DNA of 64,000 nucleotides from Euryarchaeota archaeon TMED99 (GCA_002170315.2 NHFA02000032.1:1958-65957), one strand, 5' to 3'; counted from the stretch's first letter, positions 27,592 to 37,197 are shown. Notes: generated from the sequence alone by a model not told the origin. Numbers and translations: made by a program.

Positions 27592-28587
27592 TCACTTGAT
27601 ATTATCGCGTAATTCTGCCAGTAGGCTAGCATGTTCTGCATCAGTTATTCCAAGAGTCTCACGAAGTGTAGCCAACATTGCACCTTCATCACTGGTGATT
27701 ACTCCATCATTCATTGCTGTCGAGAGTGTTGATTTGTAGGTTAAATGTTTTTCAGAAACAAGAGGAGATTGTTTTGCCTCCTCAAGCAACTTGTCATGGG
27801 TAAGTCGATCAAATCCATAAGCGATTCGTACGGTTTCCAAGAGTGCGATTTCATCATCGACCAATTCCCCATCAATCATTGCCTGCCTGAGCATGTCTCG
27901 ATATATTTCTTCAGGTGGTGATGCCTTCTGTTCTTTCCTCGCCTCATCCGAAAGACGACGAACTCTCTCTGGATGCATGCCAAGAAAATCGACGACTTCA
28001 GACAACAAATACTGTTCATCACGAGTGATTTTTCCATCTTCCCACGCACGAGCGAATAACCTGCGGACCAAATGTTCTCCTGCCTGAGCATCCAAAGACG
28101 CGACCCCTTCAGGATTCGATACCGGGGATACTACAGGATGTTCATTGTAATTCATGCCTTCATCAATATGTGAAAGAAGATCAAGTGTTGCTTGACCGCC
28201 CTTTCTCAACTCTGAAAGAATTATTTTTTTACCGTTCTGCGTAACCAACTGAGAGAGTATTTTTTCACGTAGCGCACTCGCTTTTTCCTTTCCATTTGGA
28301 GTAAGTCCATACACTTGCCTACGCTGCTTTCCTCCAGGTACGTGACGTTTAGATTTGGTTAAGTCACCGCGTTGTTCTAAGCGTTTTATGGTTCTTGGAA
28401 CGTGCTTTCTTTGAACATGAACTGCAGCAGAGATTCCAGCCTGAGTAAGTGCAGATGGTGCTTCCCATTCACCTTCAGGCAAATTGTTGTCACACAAGTG
28501 TAAGAGCATACGCTCTTCAGTGGTCAATGAGCCAAGATACCCGTCCACCATGGCAGTCCCTGCGTTGTCGAAGAAGTGAAGGCACAT
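27592..28587 (-). CDS. winged-helix DNA-binding protein with three TerB/DjlA-N-like repeats
   Basis: The N-terminal region is wHTH-like (LTQAGISAAVHVQRKHVPRTIKRLEQRGDL..VYGLTPNG). It is followed by 3 repeats of the pattern DG-x-[IV]-x-x-DE-x-x-L-x-x-[LV]-x-x-x-[LY]-G (DGKITRDEQYLLSEVVDFLG, DGELVDDEIALLETVRIAYG, DGVITSDEGAMLATLRETLG). Confidence 0.6.
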   Translation of the reverse strand: MCLHFFDNAGTAMVDGYLGSLTTEERMLLHLCDNNLPEGEWEAPSALTQAGISAAVHVQRKHVPRTIKRLEQRGDLTKSKRHVPGGKQRRQVYGLTPNGKEKASALREKILSQLVTQNGKKIILSELRKGGQATLDLLSHIDEGMNYNEHPVVSPVSNPEGVASLDAQAGEHLVRRLFARAWEDGKITRDEQYLLSEVVDFLGMHPERVRRLSDEARKEQKASPPEEIYRDMLRQAMIDGELVDDEIALLETVRIAYGFDRLTHDKLLEEAKQSPLVSEKHLTYKSTLSTAMNDGVITSDEGAMLATLRETLGITDAEHASLLAELRDNIK

Positions 28588-28637
28588 AGGGCCATCGGTT
28601 ACCCTAAACTCAAATGATGTGATGATGACGGCGGAGC

Positions 28638-29750
28638 ATGGCGAGGCAGAACCGTAAGTTCACACCGCGCCAACGAACAACTCGACCACTTGGTGCCCCC
28701 CTCACATCAAACCAACCTCCTGTACAACCGCTTCAACCCCCCTCTCATCGTGATGGCGCTTGGTTTCTTGAACCTCCACTTTCTTCAAGACTGTATCAAA
28801 AAAGTGGACTTGGGAAAATGCAGAGTGATGAGAGTATCCGACTTACACCAGAAGAAATCATGTTCTGTCATTGGCATCGTCACGTTCCATTGCCAAGTGA
28901 AACATGGTTTGAAGAATTAATATCCACAGACGCCGACATCATTGCCCGTAGCATCATCTTTGATACTGCTCGAAGTGGAGGGGAAATTCTCATCCCTGTC
29001 GAAAATATTCCTGAAAAATGGGATATCGATTTGCTTGATTCAACTTGGGCATTGCGTTGGAATCGCGAACACATATTCTCGAAACAACCTCCTGTGGCCC
29101 ATGTTCGGTGGGCTTGGACAACAGACCAGATCGATTGGACTGAAATGCTTCAATGGACCAGAGAAGTACATTCTCGAGATATGGTTGCTGAATTTTTTGT
29201 TATCGATGAGGAAATGGATGTGACGATGTATCTACTCGGACTTGATCAGCCAGGTGGCCATCAGACACTTTGGGAATCTTTTTCCTCAGAAGAGAAAGAC
29301 CATCTCTCTACTCTATGGGGGCAAAGAATTGCTCGAGGAACGGGTTGGTACATCCCTCGCGTGAGGAATTGGCCTTGGGATACAATTGGTGTCGAGCACC
29401 TTTCCGGCCGTCACCTTCGCCAAGAAGAAGGGGAATTACTTTCTGTGCTCCTCAGTAATCTTGAGGTACCAAAAGAACTCCATCTCTACAATGATCTGAT
29501 GTCACGGGGAGTTTTACTACGTCCTGGTTTCAAGTTTGGAAGTCGTTGGCGTGTTTACGAAACTCCAGTAGGTGAAGCCCATGCTCCTTGGCTTGTTCAA
29601 CCAGTCGAATTGGCACCATCAACTTGGGAAGGCGCATGTCTAGCAGTTCGATTGTCCGAAGGTGTGAATAAAACATGGCTCTGTGCCCTTCAATCTGAAG
29701 ATAACTGGTTTTACCTACACATGCAACGATGGTTACCGGGTCGAAATTAG
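28638..29750 (+). CDS. endA: tRNA-splicing endonuclease (long, two-domain form)
   Basis: The C-terminal catalytic-domain motif is GVLLRPGFKFGSRWRVYETPVGEAHAPWLV (conserved Tyr/His context). A length of 370 aa suggests a duplicated-domain homodimer type. Confidence 0.75.
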   Translation: MARQNRKFTPRQRTTRPLGAPLTSNQPPVQPLQPPSHRDGAWFLEPPLSSRLYQKSGLGKMQSDESIRLTPEEIMFCHWHRHVPLPSETWFEELISTDADIIARSIIFDTARSGGEILIPVENIPEKWDIDLLDSTWALRWNREHIFSKQPPVAHVRWAWTTDQIDWTEMLQWTREVHSRDMVAEFFVIDEEMDVTMYLLGLDQPGGHQTLWESFSSEEKDHLSTLWGQRIARGTGWYIPRVRNWPWDTIGVEHLSGRHLRQEEGELLSVLLSNLEVPKELHLYNDLMSRGVLLRPGFKFGSRWRVYETPVGEAHAPWLVQPVELAPSTWEGACLAVRLSEGVNKTWLCALQSEDNWFYLHMQRWLPGRN

Positions 29751-29751
29751 T

Positions 29752-31857
29752 TCACTCTCTTTCATCGAAGGAACGACCCCATGCATCAGTTTGGGTTTCT
29801 TTCTCTATGTATGGTGTTGATTCTTGAACCGGGATTTTGGTGTTCTTTTCCGTTGTTGGTTTCCTCTCAAACATACCGATTGCTACCCATATCATGCACA
29901 CAATTCCAGCACTCCCGAGTAACTTCCCAGGTGTTCGCCACTCGTCAATAAAATTCCTTTCTCCATCGACTGCTGTGTATTTGAGTTCGATAGTCCATCG
30001 ATGTCCGCTTTGTGAGATGAGGATGAGTTGACCATCGACAGACATTCGGTCCTCGAGAAGTCCATTGGGGTTGATTTCAACAAATGCTTTATCGCTCCCA
30101 TCAAGTATGATTTGATTTGAAACTGTTCCGATTCTTGACATTGGTCCATCGAGCTCAACGGTAAATGTTTGAGTTGAATTACCTCGAGATGTGATTGGAA
30201 TTTCCAGTGTTGATTTCTCATATGCAGCAATTGTTCCAGAAGCTTCAACCTCGTAGGGTATTCTCCCGAGAGTCAATATTTGAGTTTTAAGATACAATGA
30301 ATCCTCACCGCAGTGAATGAACCCTTCAAGCACAGAAATCGCATTTTCTGTAGCCAGAGCAGTATATTCGAGTTCAATTTCTATGTTTTCTCCATCGATT
30401 GTGAAATTTTGCTCTGCAAATCCTCTTCCATCCGATAAAACCAAATCATGCGTTAAATCACATGATTGGATACTCGAAACAACAAGTGGAAGATTGTCTG
30501 TGAGTAAATACACTCCGCCATAATCGGGTATGTCCACATCAAATTGTGGAGAGCAATTTGGAGCAGTGAAGTGAATCTCGACAGTGATGTTGATTTCCAC
30601 CGTTGCCACCCAGGGTACGAGGAATCCATCATGCGTGAATATTTGTACACCGCTTGCTCCAAAAGAGGTGTTGTTGAGGAATAAATCCGTAGCCTCGCCA
30701 GAGTTTGCCCCATTCAATAAATCCGTTCTCCCATCAGCCTCTATGACTCTTAGCCACGGCTGGTCTGAATCTCTGTTGAGTTCATTCTTTTCTTCATCTC
30801 CAACGCTTCGGTCTTGGTATGTTACCAAAATACCAGAGCCTGGGAGGTGCTGATCGAATCCTGAATATGAACGATATTCAATCCAAATTGTCTCCATTTC
30901 GTTGAGCGGAATTTTTAGTGAAGTTCCATTCTCACTCATTCCTTGAAGTTGGATGCTTGGGCCAATGCAGGGTGCTTGAGCGCTTTGAGGCCACGTCAAA
31001 TCAAGTGTTTGACTCCGGTCTGCTTGTAAGAGGTCCATCGATGCAGCAGTTGGTAATGCGGGCCATACGCCACCACCGTTCCAATTTCCACTCGCCATGA
31101 TGTCCCAATCACCAACGCCTTGCCAATCATTCAATTGGTGAGTTTCATGAACGGGGTAGAGGTCAAGCGCTCCCATTTGATGAAGCATTTCGTGAAGTAT
31201 TGTTCCCATTCCGCTGGAACCCGTACGTAGACTTGCCATGGTATAATGGGCGACTTTGAGATTGAGCTCCACAGTGATTGGTTGATCAAACATTGTGAAA
31301 TGGCTCCAAATTTTAGATGTTTGTCCAGGGTTTTCTTCCTGACCCTTGGTTGAATGAAGAATCAAAAGCCTGTCGACATATCCGTCGTTATCAAGATCAT
31401 ATTCATCCCAATCGACCAGATTCTCATGGTCATTTACCGTTTGCTCGGCTAAAATCATTGGAAGAAATGTACCATCGGCACCGGTATCTCTGTTTCCATC
31501 TGTGTCACTGCCATAATCTGCAAGTGCTCCATTAGCACGTGTTACTTTGGTATGTACATCAATTTGAATTTCAGTGGACGAACCAGATAATTGAGTAATG
31601 TAGTTACGAGCCACATCATCAAGCAGGGTTTGTGCTTGACTGGGCCCCCAAGCATCTGTTGCGGGCTGTTCTTCAAAGTCGGTGAGGAGAACAAGCCATC
31701 GCTCATTTTCTTGAAGTGGCAGCAGGTTGACGTGTTCTTCTTCGATAGAAATCGTATTTTCAGTCATCCATTCTTCTATGGTATCGTTATTTGAAAAACT
31801 CCACGAGCTTGCTAGTAAAAGTACGATGATAATGGGTATGCCATACCTCGGACTCAT
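29752..31857 (-). CDS. secreted, C-terminally anchored zinc metalloprotease, M6 (immune inhibitor A)-like
   Basis: There is a signal peptide, MSPRYGIPIIIVLLLASSWS. The HExxH motif lies in GTILHEMLHQMGALDLYP and is followed by GDWDIMASGNWNGG, as in the M6 family. Ig-like C-terminal modules and a terminal TM helix are present. Confidence 0.7.
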   Translation of the reverse strand: MSPRYGIPIIIVLLLASSWSFSNNDTIEEWMTENTISIEEEHVNLLPLQENERWLVLLTDFEEQPATDAWGPSQAQTLLDDVARNYITQLSGSSTEIQIDVHTKVTRANGALADYGSDTDGNRDTGADGTFLPMILAEQTVNDHENLVDWDEYDLDNDGYVDRLLILHSTKGQEENPGQTSKIWSHFTMFDQPITVELNLKVAHYTMASLRTGSSGMGTILHEMLHQMGALDLYPVHETHQLNDWQGVGDWDIMASGNWNGGGVWPALPTAASMDLLQADRSQTLDLTWPQSAQAPCIGPSIQLQGMSENGTSLKIPLNEMETIWIEYRSYSGFDQHLPGSGILVTYQDRSVGDEEKNELNRDSDQPWLRVIEADGRTDLLNGANSGEATDLFLNNTSFGASGVQIFTHDGFLVPWVATVEINITVEIHFTAPNCSPQFDVDIPDYGGVYLLTDNLPLVVSSIQSCDLTHDLVLSDGRGFAEQNFTIDGENIEIELEYTALATENAISVLEGFIHCGEDSLYLKTQILTLGRIPYEVEASGTIAAYEKSTLEIPITSRGNSTQTFTVELDGPMSRIGTVSNQIILDGSDKAFVEINPNGLLEDRMSVDGQLILISQSGHRWTIELKYTAVDGERNFIDEWRTPGKLLGSAGIVCMIWVAIGMFERKPTTEKNTKIPVQESTPYIEKETQTDAWGRSFDERE

Positions 31858-31907
31858 GCTTCAAGGAAAGCCATTGAGTGTTTGAATGCTTGGCTTTTAT
31901 GGTTCGA

Positions 31908-33206
31908 TTACATTACAATTGCGTGAATTCCTATTGCTTCGAGTTCGGGCTGAATTTTCACTGCTAATTCCGTATCGATTCGCAGAACAACTTTTTCCGG
32001 TTCATACGTTGATTTCAAAACTTCATTTTCATTTCGGGTATCAAGTATCAGTTCGCTTAACTCCGAATTTTCAAGAACAGAAACGATGCGTTGACTTTGC
32101 ATTGATTTTGGCCATGGGTCATGAAGACATGCAATGGATAATTGAAGTTCGAGAGCGTAATTTTGTGATGGTCTTCGTTCAAAGTTGAGGCCTCTCAAAG
32201 TACATCCCAGTGAGGAACAGTTCTTTTTGAACGATTCAGGTAATGAATCAATTGAACAACCGCTAAGAAATACATCTGATATTCGATGGCGCATTACTTT
32301 TTCAAGAACCAATGCTCGTTCTCTCGGCGAATCACAAAGTGAGTGGGATGGATGAACTGGGATTGGTAAATCAACAGTTTTTGGAAGTGCAGTGGTATTT
32401 CCGTCCGGTGAGCAATCAACGACCATCATGTGACGCAGTTCACCCTCTGCATCCATGATGGGTTGGAATCCTCGAAAGAGAGGTGGCATTCCTCTAAGCC
32501 ATTTTCTTGAACATACCTCGATGGTTGAAACGGCCAATATTGCGAGGGTAATGGCCAAACCTCCAAATTCAGGAAGTGATGCGAGCAGAAGTAAAACGAC
32601 GAGCCCATATATTCGAATTCTCCACCAATCAGCGGTATCCTCATTGAGCATACCGAGTATGCCTGCTAGCATCATCGCAAAGATTGCACATGCTACTATT
32701 ACTTCTGTCCAGATGACTGCAATCACCAGTGAAAGCATGTGTACTGCGTCATATCTCGCATCCAATTTCATCGATTCATGTGTTTGGTGACCGGTATCAA
32801 AAAACATTGGAAAAAGCAATCCAATTGTGGTTATAACGGCAACAATGGTGCTCAGGGCTCCTGCAAGAAACCATGTCTTCATCCAAGTACGCTCGCTTGG
32901 TAGTAAGCCAGGCTTCGAAAATTTCCACATTTGGTGGAGTGCAATTGGCATGACGGTAATTATTCCGAGCAGTGCTGCAGTCATCCATCGTACTGCACTC
33001 CATTTCGCAGGGTCAAAGAGATTAAGGCAGTCATTTTCACACGGATTCAGTTGTCTCAAGAGGTCATCTAAAAGTGCATCAACCTGCGTTAACCACGCAA
33101 GTGTGGTAACGGTTGCCAAAAAGAGAGTGAACGTCACACGGGCAGTCAATTCATTCAAATGTTCCTGAACATGAATCGATGAATCCTGTTCAAGTTGAAA
33201 TGACAT
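31908..33206 (-). CDS. tatC: twin-arginine translocase subunit TatC with a ~190-aa C-terminal cytoplasmic extension
   Basis: The TatC start motif is EHLNELTARV. The motif MPIALHQMWKFSKPGLLPSER matches P..yQ.w.F..PGL...E. Six TM helices lie in residues 1-240. Residues ~245-432 are soluble and Cys-containing, with no recognisable family. Confidence 0.7.
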   Translation of the reverse strand: MSFQLEQDSSIHVQEHLNELTARVTFTLFLATVTTLAWLTQVDALLDDLLRQLNPCENDCLNLFDPAKWSAVRWMTAALLGIITVMPIALHQMWKFSKPGLLPSERTWMKTWFLAGALSTIVAVITTIGLLFPMFFDTGHQTHESMKLDARYDAVHMLSLVIAVIWTEVIVACAIFAMMLAGILGMLNEDTADWWRIRIYGLVVLLLLASLPEFGGLAITLAILAVSTIEVCSRKWLRGMPPLFRGFQPIMDAEGELRHMMVVDCSPDGNTTALPKTVDLPIPVHPSHSLCDSPRERALVLEKVMRHRISDVFLSGCSIDSLPESFKKNCSSLGCTLRGLNFERRPSQNYALELQLSIACLHDPWPKSMQSQRIVSVLENSELSELILDTRNENEVLKSTYEPEKVVLRIDTELAVKIQPELEAIGIHAIVM

Positions 33207-33242
33207 GGCATGGCCTCAGGTTCCTTGAAGGAATATGAATGC

Positions 33243-34208
33243 TCAAACCATGTCTTTGGGTTGAGCTACAGCACGTGCTTGGACAATGGTTCGGTATACC
33301 CCGTATATTGCCCAGAGAGCGAGCATGCCGAGTGTAAGCAATACTTGCCATGATTGGCCACCATCAACAGCCCATGCAAAGAGAAGCAGCATGATTGCTG
33401 CAACTGCACTTCGACGAACTCCTTGTGGAATGGCGAGGCTTCGATCAAGATGTTCTGGTCCGCCACCGAACTTTCGCTCGTAAAATTCCCCTTGAACAAC
33501 TGCAGCGATAATTATGATAGAAAGGGTCGTGAAGTAGAACAAGTTACCTTCATCGAAGAATAATTCTGCGAGTTCTTCTTGACGTTCCGCTTCTACCGCT
33601 TCAGGGTCTTCCTCAGCAACAAAGAGTGCATCATAGTCTCCAACGCTAATAGTTCGCATTGTTAGGTTTTCAGCATTGTCGTTGGTGGTTGTTCCTGGAG
33701 GACTAATCGAAAAAGAGAGGATATTCCATGTATCACCAGCATCGAAGTTTCCATTACCATTCACTGCATTACCGACGAGTTGGAATGGAATAGAGCCAAC
33801 ATCAGAACTCGGAGCCGTCCAAGTAATTTCCCAATCATTGCCAACATCGGATTGAGATACGCCACCGGTAGGGCTTCCTGCATCTTCAACAGCCATTGAG
33901 CCTTCACCAGGGGTTAAAGTTCCCATATTGTAATCCCAAATCATGTAGCCACCTTCGAGATTCGAGGCATGCTGCAGAGATATCGTGAAATTATAGGATT
34001 GATCGACAGTGTAAGCACGCGGAACCCCTGAGATGGATACGACCACATCGTTTGACGGCGCACCGTCTCCGTGGCAACTGCACCCTGTCTCAACAACGAG
34101 GTTTTCACCATTCTTCCATGGAGGTCCACCAGGCATAGCGAATACCGGTGCGACCATAAGAAGACTGACCAATACAATCAGTAACAAACGTGAATTGCGC
34201 GATAGCAT
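33243..34208 (-). CDS. secreted beta-sandwich protein with a Cys-Ser-Cys-His motif and three C-terminal TM helices
   Basis: The ATG at 34208 gives the signal peptide MLSRNSRLLLIVLVSLLMVAPVFA. Motifs are ETGCSCHGDG, WEITWTAPSS and NAVNGNGNFDAGD. An acidic linker precedes 3 hydrophobic helices. Confidence 0.5.
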   Translation of the reverse strand: MLSRNSRLLLIVLVSLLMVAPVFAMPGGPPWKNGENLVVETGCSCHGDGAPSNDVVVSISGVPRAYTVDQSYNFTISLQHASNLEGGYMIWDYNMGTLTPGEGSMAVEDAGSPTGGVSQSDVGNDWEITWTAPSSDVGSIPFQLVGNAVNGNGNFDAGDTWNILSFSISPPGTTTNDNAENLTMRTISVGDYDALFVAEEDPEAVEAERQEELAELFFDEGNLFYFTTLSIIIIAAVVQGEFYERKFGGGPEHLDRSLAIPQGVRRSAVAAIMLLLFAWAVDGGQSWQVLLTLGMLALWAIYGVYRTIVQARAVAQPKDMV

Positions 34209-34261
34209 CGTCTCACCCAAATCTTTCCACCAAGCCCAGCCCTTTGAACGTTCCTTTTACT

Positions 34262-34280
34262 CATGCCCCTAAGGGGCATG
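34262..34280. repeat. perfect 8-bp-stem hairpin CATGCCCC-TAA-GGGGCATG between pntB and the downstream gene
   Basis: Read directly from the sequence. It lies 23 nt downstream of the pntB stop on the minus strand. There is no clear oligo-T run after it in the transcribed orientation. Confidence 0.3.
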
Positions 34281-34302
34281 AAAATGAGCCGTCTTCTTCG
34301 GT

Positions 34303-35724
34303 TCAAATCTCCTTGATTGCAGTATTCAATTCAGACATCATAGCCTTTCCATCACCGAACAGCATCATGGTTTTGTCCATGTAAAACAAGTCATTATCGA
34401 CACCAGCATAACCGACGGAGAGTGAACGCTTGATGATCACAACGGTTCGAGCCATATCTGCATCGATAATTGGCATTCCTGCCAGAGGCCCTTCACCACT
34501 TCGAGCTGCTGGGTTTGTCGTGTCGTTTGCACCAATAATGACGGCAACATCACAATCTGGGAATTCACTGTTAATTTCATCCATTTCAATCAATTGTTCA
34601 TATGGAACATTGGCTTCAGCAAGTAAGACGTTCATGTGCCCTGGCATTCTTCCAGCAACAGGGTGAATGGCATACTTGACTTCAGTATCAAACTTCTCAG
34701 CGATCAAGTCAGCAAATTCTTTGACTTGATGTTGACATTGAGACACAGCCATTCCGTAACCTGGAACGATAATGACTTTCTGTGCACCATCAACCATCAT
34801 TGCGACTTCATCAGCATCTGAGCCAACTTTAGTTCGGCTAACTGATGCCTTTTCGCCACTGCCGCCAAATGACTTGAACAAAACATCAAGTAATGTTCGA
34901 TTCATTGCCTTGCACATAATGAATGTCAGGATAAGTCCTGATGCTCCAACGAGCGAACCTGCGATAATGAGAACTGAGTTTCCAATAATGAATCCAGTGA
35001 ATGCTGCAGCAATCCCAGACAGTGAGTTGAGCAAGGAGACAACAACGGGCATATCTGCACCGCCAATAGGCAGAACGAGAATTACACCGAGCAAACAAGA
35101 AATTCCAATAATTCCCCACATGTAATCTGTGTTTGTCGGCTCACAAATGCTGTAGTAAATCAATACGCCAACTGCGACTAAAAGCAAGACTTTGACGCCG
35201 TTGAGCCAACTTGGACCCCATGTTGGAGTTTTAATCCACTTCCCAAAGACGCTGATTCCGCCTTTGAGTTTATACATTGCGAGTACTGAACCAGTAAGAG
35301 TCATCCAGCCTACCAGGGCAGAAAGACCTGCAGCAACCATGGTTACTGTCAGTTCAAGACCTTCAGGAATGGTGCTGGAATTTTCGATGTATTTTTGGAT
35401 TTCAGACAGAGCTACAAGCGCTGATGCCGCCCCTCCAAATCCGTTGAAGAGAGCAACCAATTCCGGCATTCCCGTCATTTCAACACGGACTGCAAGCCAA
35501 TAGCCAATGAGTGATCCTATGACGAGACCAGCAAGAATCAGCGTCCAATATGCTGGGCTGCTGGCCAGTTCCATACTCAATATAGTGGTGAGGACAGCAA
35601 CGAGCATCCCCATTGCACCGAGTTGATTTCCAAATGGTGCAGTGCGTGGATGGCCTAATTTTTTGAGACCAAAAATAAACAAAGCTGCAGAAATCAAATA
35701 TCCAATTGAAACCCAATCTTCCAT
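34303..35724 (-). CDS. pntB: NAD(P) transhydrogenase subunit beta
   Basis: The polytopic N-terminal half is followed by the dIII domain motifs IIVPGYGMAVSQCQH, HPVAGRMPGHMNVLLAEA and VIGANDTTNPAA. The ATG at 35724 follows the pntAB stop. Confidence 0.9.
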   Translation of the reverse strand: MEDWVSIGYLISAALFIFGLKKLGHPRTAPFGNQLGAMGMLVAVLTTILSMELASSPAYWTLILAGLVIGSLIGYWLAVRVEMTGMPELVALFNGFGGAASALVALSEIQKYIENSSTIPEGLELTVTMVAAGLSALVGWMTLTGSVLAMYKLKGGISVFGKWIKTPTWGPSWLNGVKVLLLVAVGVLIYYSICEPTNTDYMWGIIGISCLLGVILVLPIGGADMPVVVSLLNSLSGIAAAFTGFIIGNSVLIIAGSLVGASGLILTFIMCKAMNRTLLDVLFKSFGGSGEKASVSRTKVGSDADEVAMMVDGAQKVIIVPGYGMAVSQCQHQVKEFADLIAEKFDTEVKYAIHPVAGRMPGHMNVLLAEANVPYEQLIEMDEINSEFPDCDVAVIIGANDTTNPAARSGEGPLAGMPIIDADMARTVVIIKRSLSVGYAGVDNDLFYMDKTMMLFGDGKAMMSELNTAIKEI

Positions 35725-35725
35725 A

Positions 35726-36037
35726 TCAAGCACCTCTTCGCTTCTTTCCAGCAATCATATTGAGCATTCGATTTGTCACCGCAAATCCCCCGACGACGTT
35801 GATCATGGCAAGAACAACTGCGACAAAAGCAAGAATACCTGAAACGACAGTTTCTCCACCTTCGTATGCCACATTGGCTCCTAAAAGAGCACCGATAATG
35901 CTGATACCTGAGATTGCGTTTGCACCGCTCATCAGAGGAGTGTGAAGTGTCGCAGGTACTTTTGTAATCAATTCAAATCCAAGGAAAATGGCAAGGATAA
36001 ACAGGGTGATATTTCCGATTAACATTTCAGGGGTCAT
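35726..36037 (-). CDS. pntAB: NAD(P) transhydrogenase subunit alpha, part 2 (membrane)
   Basis: 103 aa with three TM helices, including LHTPLMSGANAISGI. It has an ATGA overlap with pntAA. Confidence 0.85.
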   Translation of the reverse strand: MTPEMLIGNITLFILAIFLGFELITKVPATLHTPLMSGANAISGISIIGALLGANVAYEGGETVVSGILAFVAVVLAMINVVGGFAVTNRMLNMIAGKKRRGA

Positions 36038-37197
36038 TCGAGCACACCTCCAAGGCGTGTTTGTTTAGGGTGCAAGGCACCATCATGGCAGAGGAGAACG
36101 CCTCCCATGCCGTTGACATAGAAATCAGAGCCCTCAGGTGCTCCAACAAGGATATCGTCATCTTCACTGATGACGACCTCACCCTCTTTGACGAGAGATG
36201 TGATGAATGTTGTCAAGTTGTTTGAATACAACATACTTGCAGTTGTTGCGAGAGTTCCAGGAAGATTTGATGTTCCAACAATAATCACTCCATTCTCTGT
36301 CGTCTTCACTTCACCCGCTACTGTATCCTCACAATTTCCTCCAACATCAGCATTCATATCGACAACGACTGCTCCGGATTTGAAATTCTTCACAGCACTC
36401 GAAGGAACGGTAATAGGAGCAGGACGGCCAAATATTCGTGCAGTTGTAACGATGATATCAGCATCAGCAGCAACGCCACATACAGTATCGTTGACCTTTT
36501 GAATAAACTCGGGAGTCAATGGCTTTGCATAGCCTGCTTCGTCTTCAAAATCATCCATTCCATCGACCTCAATAAAACGTCCACCAACTGATTCGATTTG
36601 TTCAGCAGCAGACTTTCGAACATCAGATGCATAGACAACTGCGCCGAGTCTTTTTGCTGTTGCAATTGCTTGTAGGCCTGCAACACCGCTCCCCATAATC
36701 ACGACCTTTGCAGGTCGGACAGTTCCGGCTGAAGTCGTCATCATCGGAATTCCCTTTGGAACATGTGCGGCACCGAGGAGTACTGCTTTGTATCCAGCGA
36801 GATTATCTTGACTGGAATTAACATCCATTGATTGTGCTCGTGAAAGTCGACGAGGAATCATGTCCATAGAAAGAAGGGTGATCCCTGCATCAATGCATGA
36901 TTGAACATGTTGTGGATTGCGGAACGGGTCAGCAACACATGCAATGCGTGTTCCCTTACTGACTCCTTCAATTCCTGGGAAACGGATGGAGATGATGGTA
37001 TCGCATTCCAAGACATCCTTTCGAGAGACCATTTTTGCGCCTGCAGATTCATAATCCGCATCCAAATAATTCGATGCCTTACCGGCGTTCTTTTCAATCA
37101 AGACTTCAAACCCAGCTTTCAATAATTTCTTCATGCTTGAAGGGGCAATTGCCACTCGTGTTTCGCCATCAGGTTCCATTGGTACGCCAAGTTTCAT
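36034..37197 (-). CDS. pntAA: NAD(P) transhydrogenase subunit alpha, part 1 (alanine dehydrogenase-like dI)
   Basis: MKLGVPMEPDGETRVA is a typical start. The NAD-binding motif VVIMGSGVAGLQAIATAKRLGA is present. Confidence 0.9.
   Translation of the reverse strand: MKLGVPMEPDGETRVAIAPSSMKKLLKAGFEVLIEKNAGKASNYLDADYESAGAKMVSRKDVLECDTIISIRFPGIEGVSKGTRIACVADPFRNPQHVQSCIDAGITLLSMDMIPRRLSRAQSMDVNSSQDNLAGYKAVLLGAAHVPKGIPMMTTSAGTVRPAKVVIMGSGVAGLQAIATAKRLGAVVYASDVRKSAAEQIESVGGRFIEVDGMDDFEDEAGYAKPLTPEFIQKVNDTVCGVAADADIIVTTARIFGRPAPITVPSSAVKNFKSGAVVVDMNADVGGNCEDTVAGEVKTTENGVIIVGTSNLPGTLATTASMLYSNNLTTFITSLVKEGEVVISEDDDILVGAPEGSDFYVNGMGGVLLCHDGALHPKQTRLGGVLE

Noticed and set aside
33243-34208. c-type cytochrome call based on GCSCHG
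   Set aside because: The motif is C-x-C-H, not C-x-x-C-H. I know of no heme lyase that accepts a one-residue spacer. It is therefore reported only as a near-miss.
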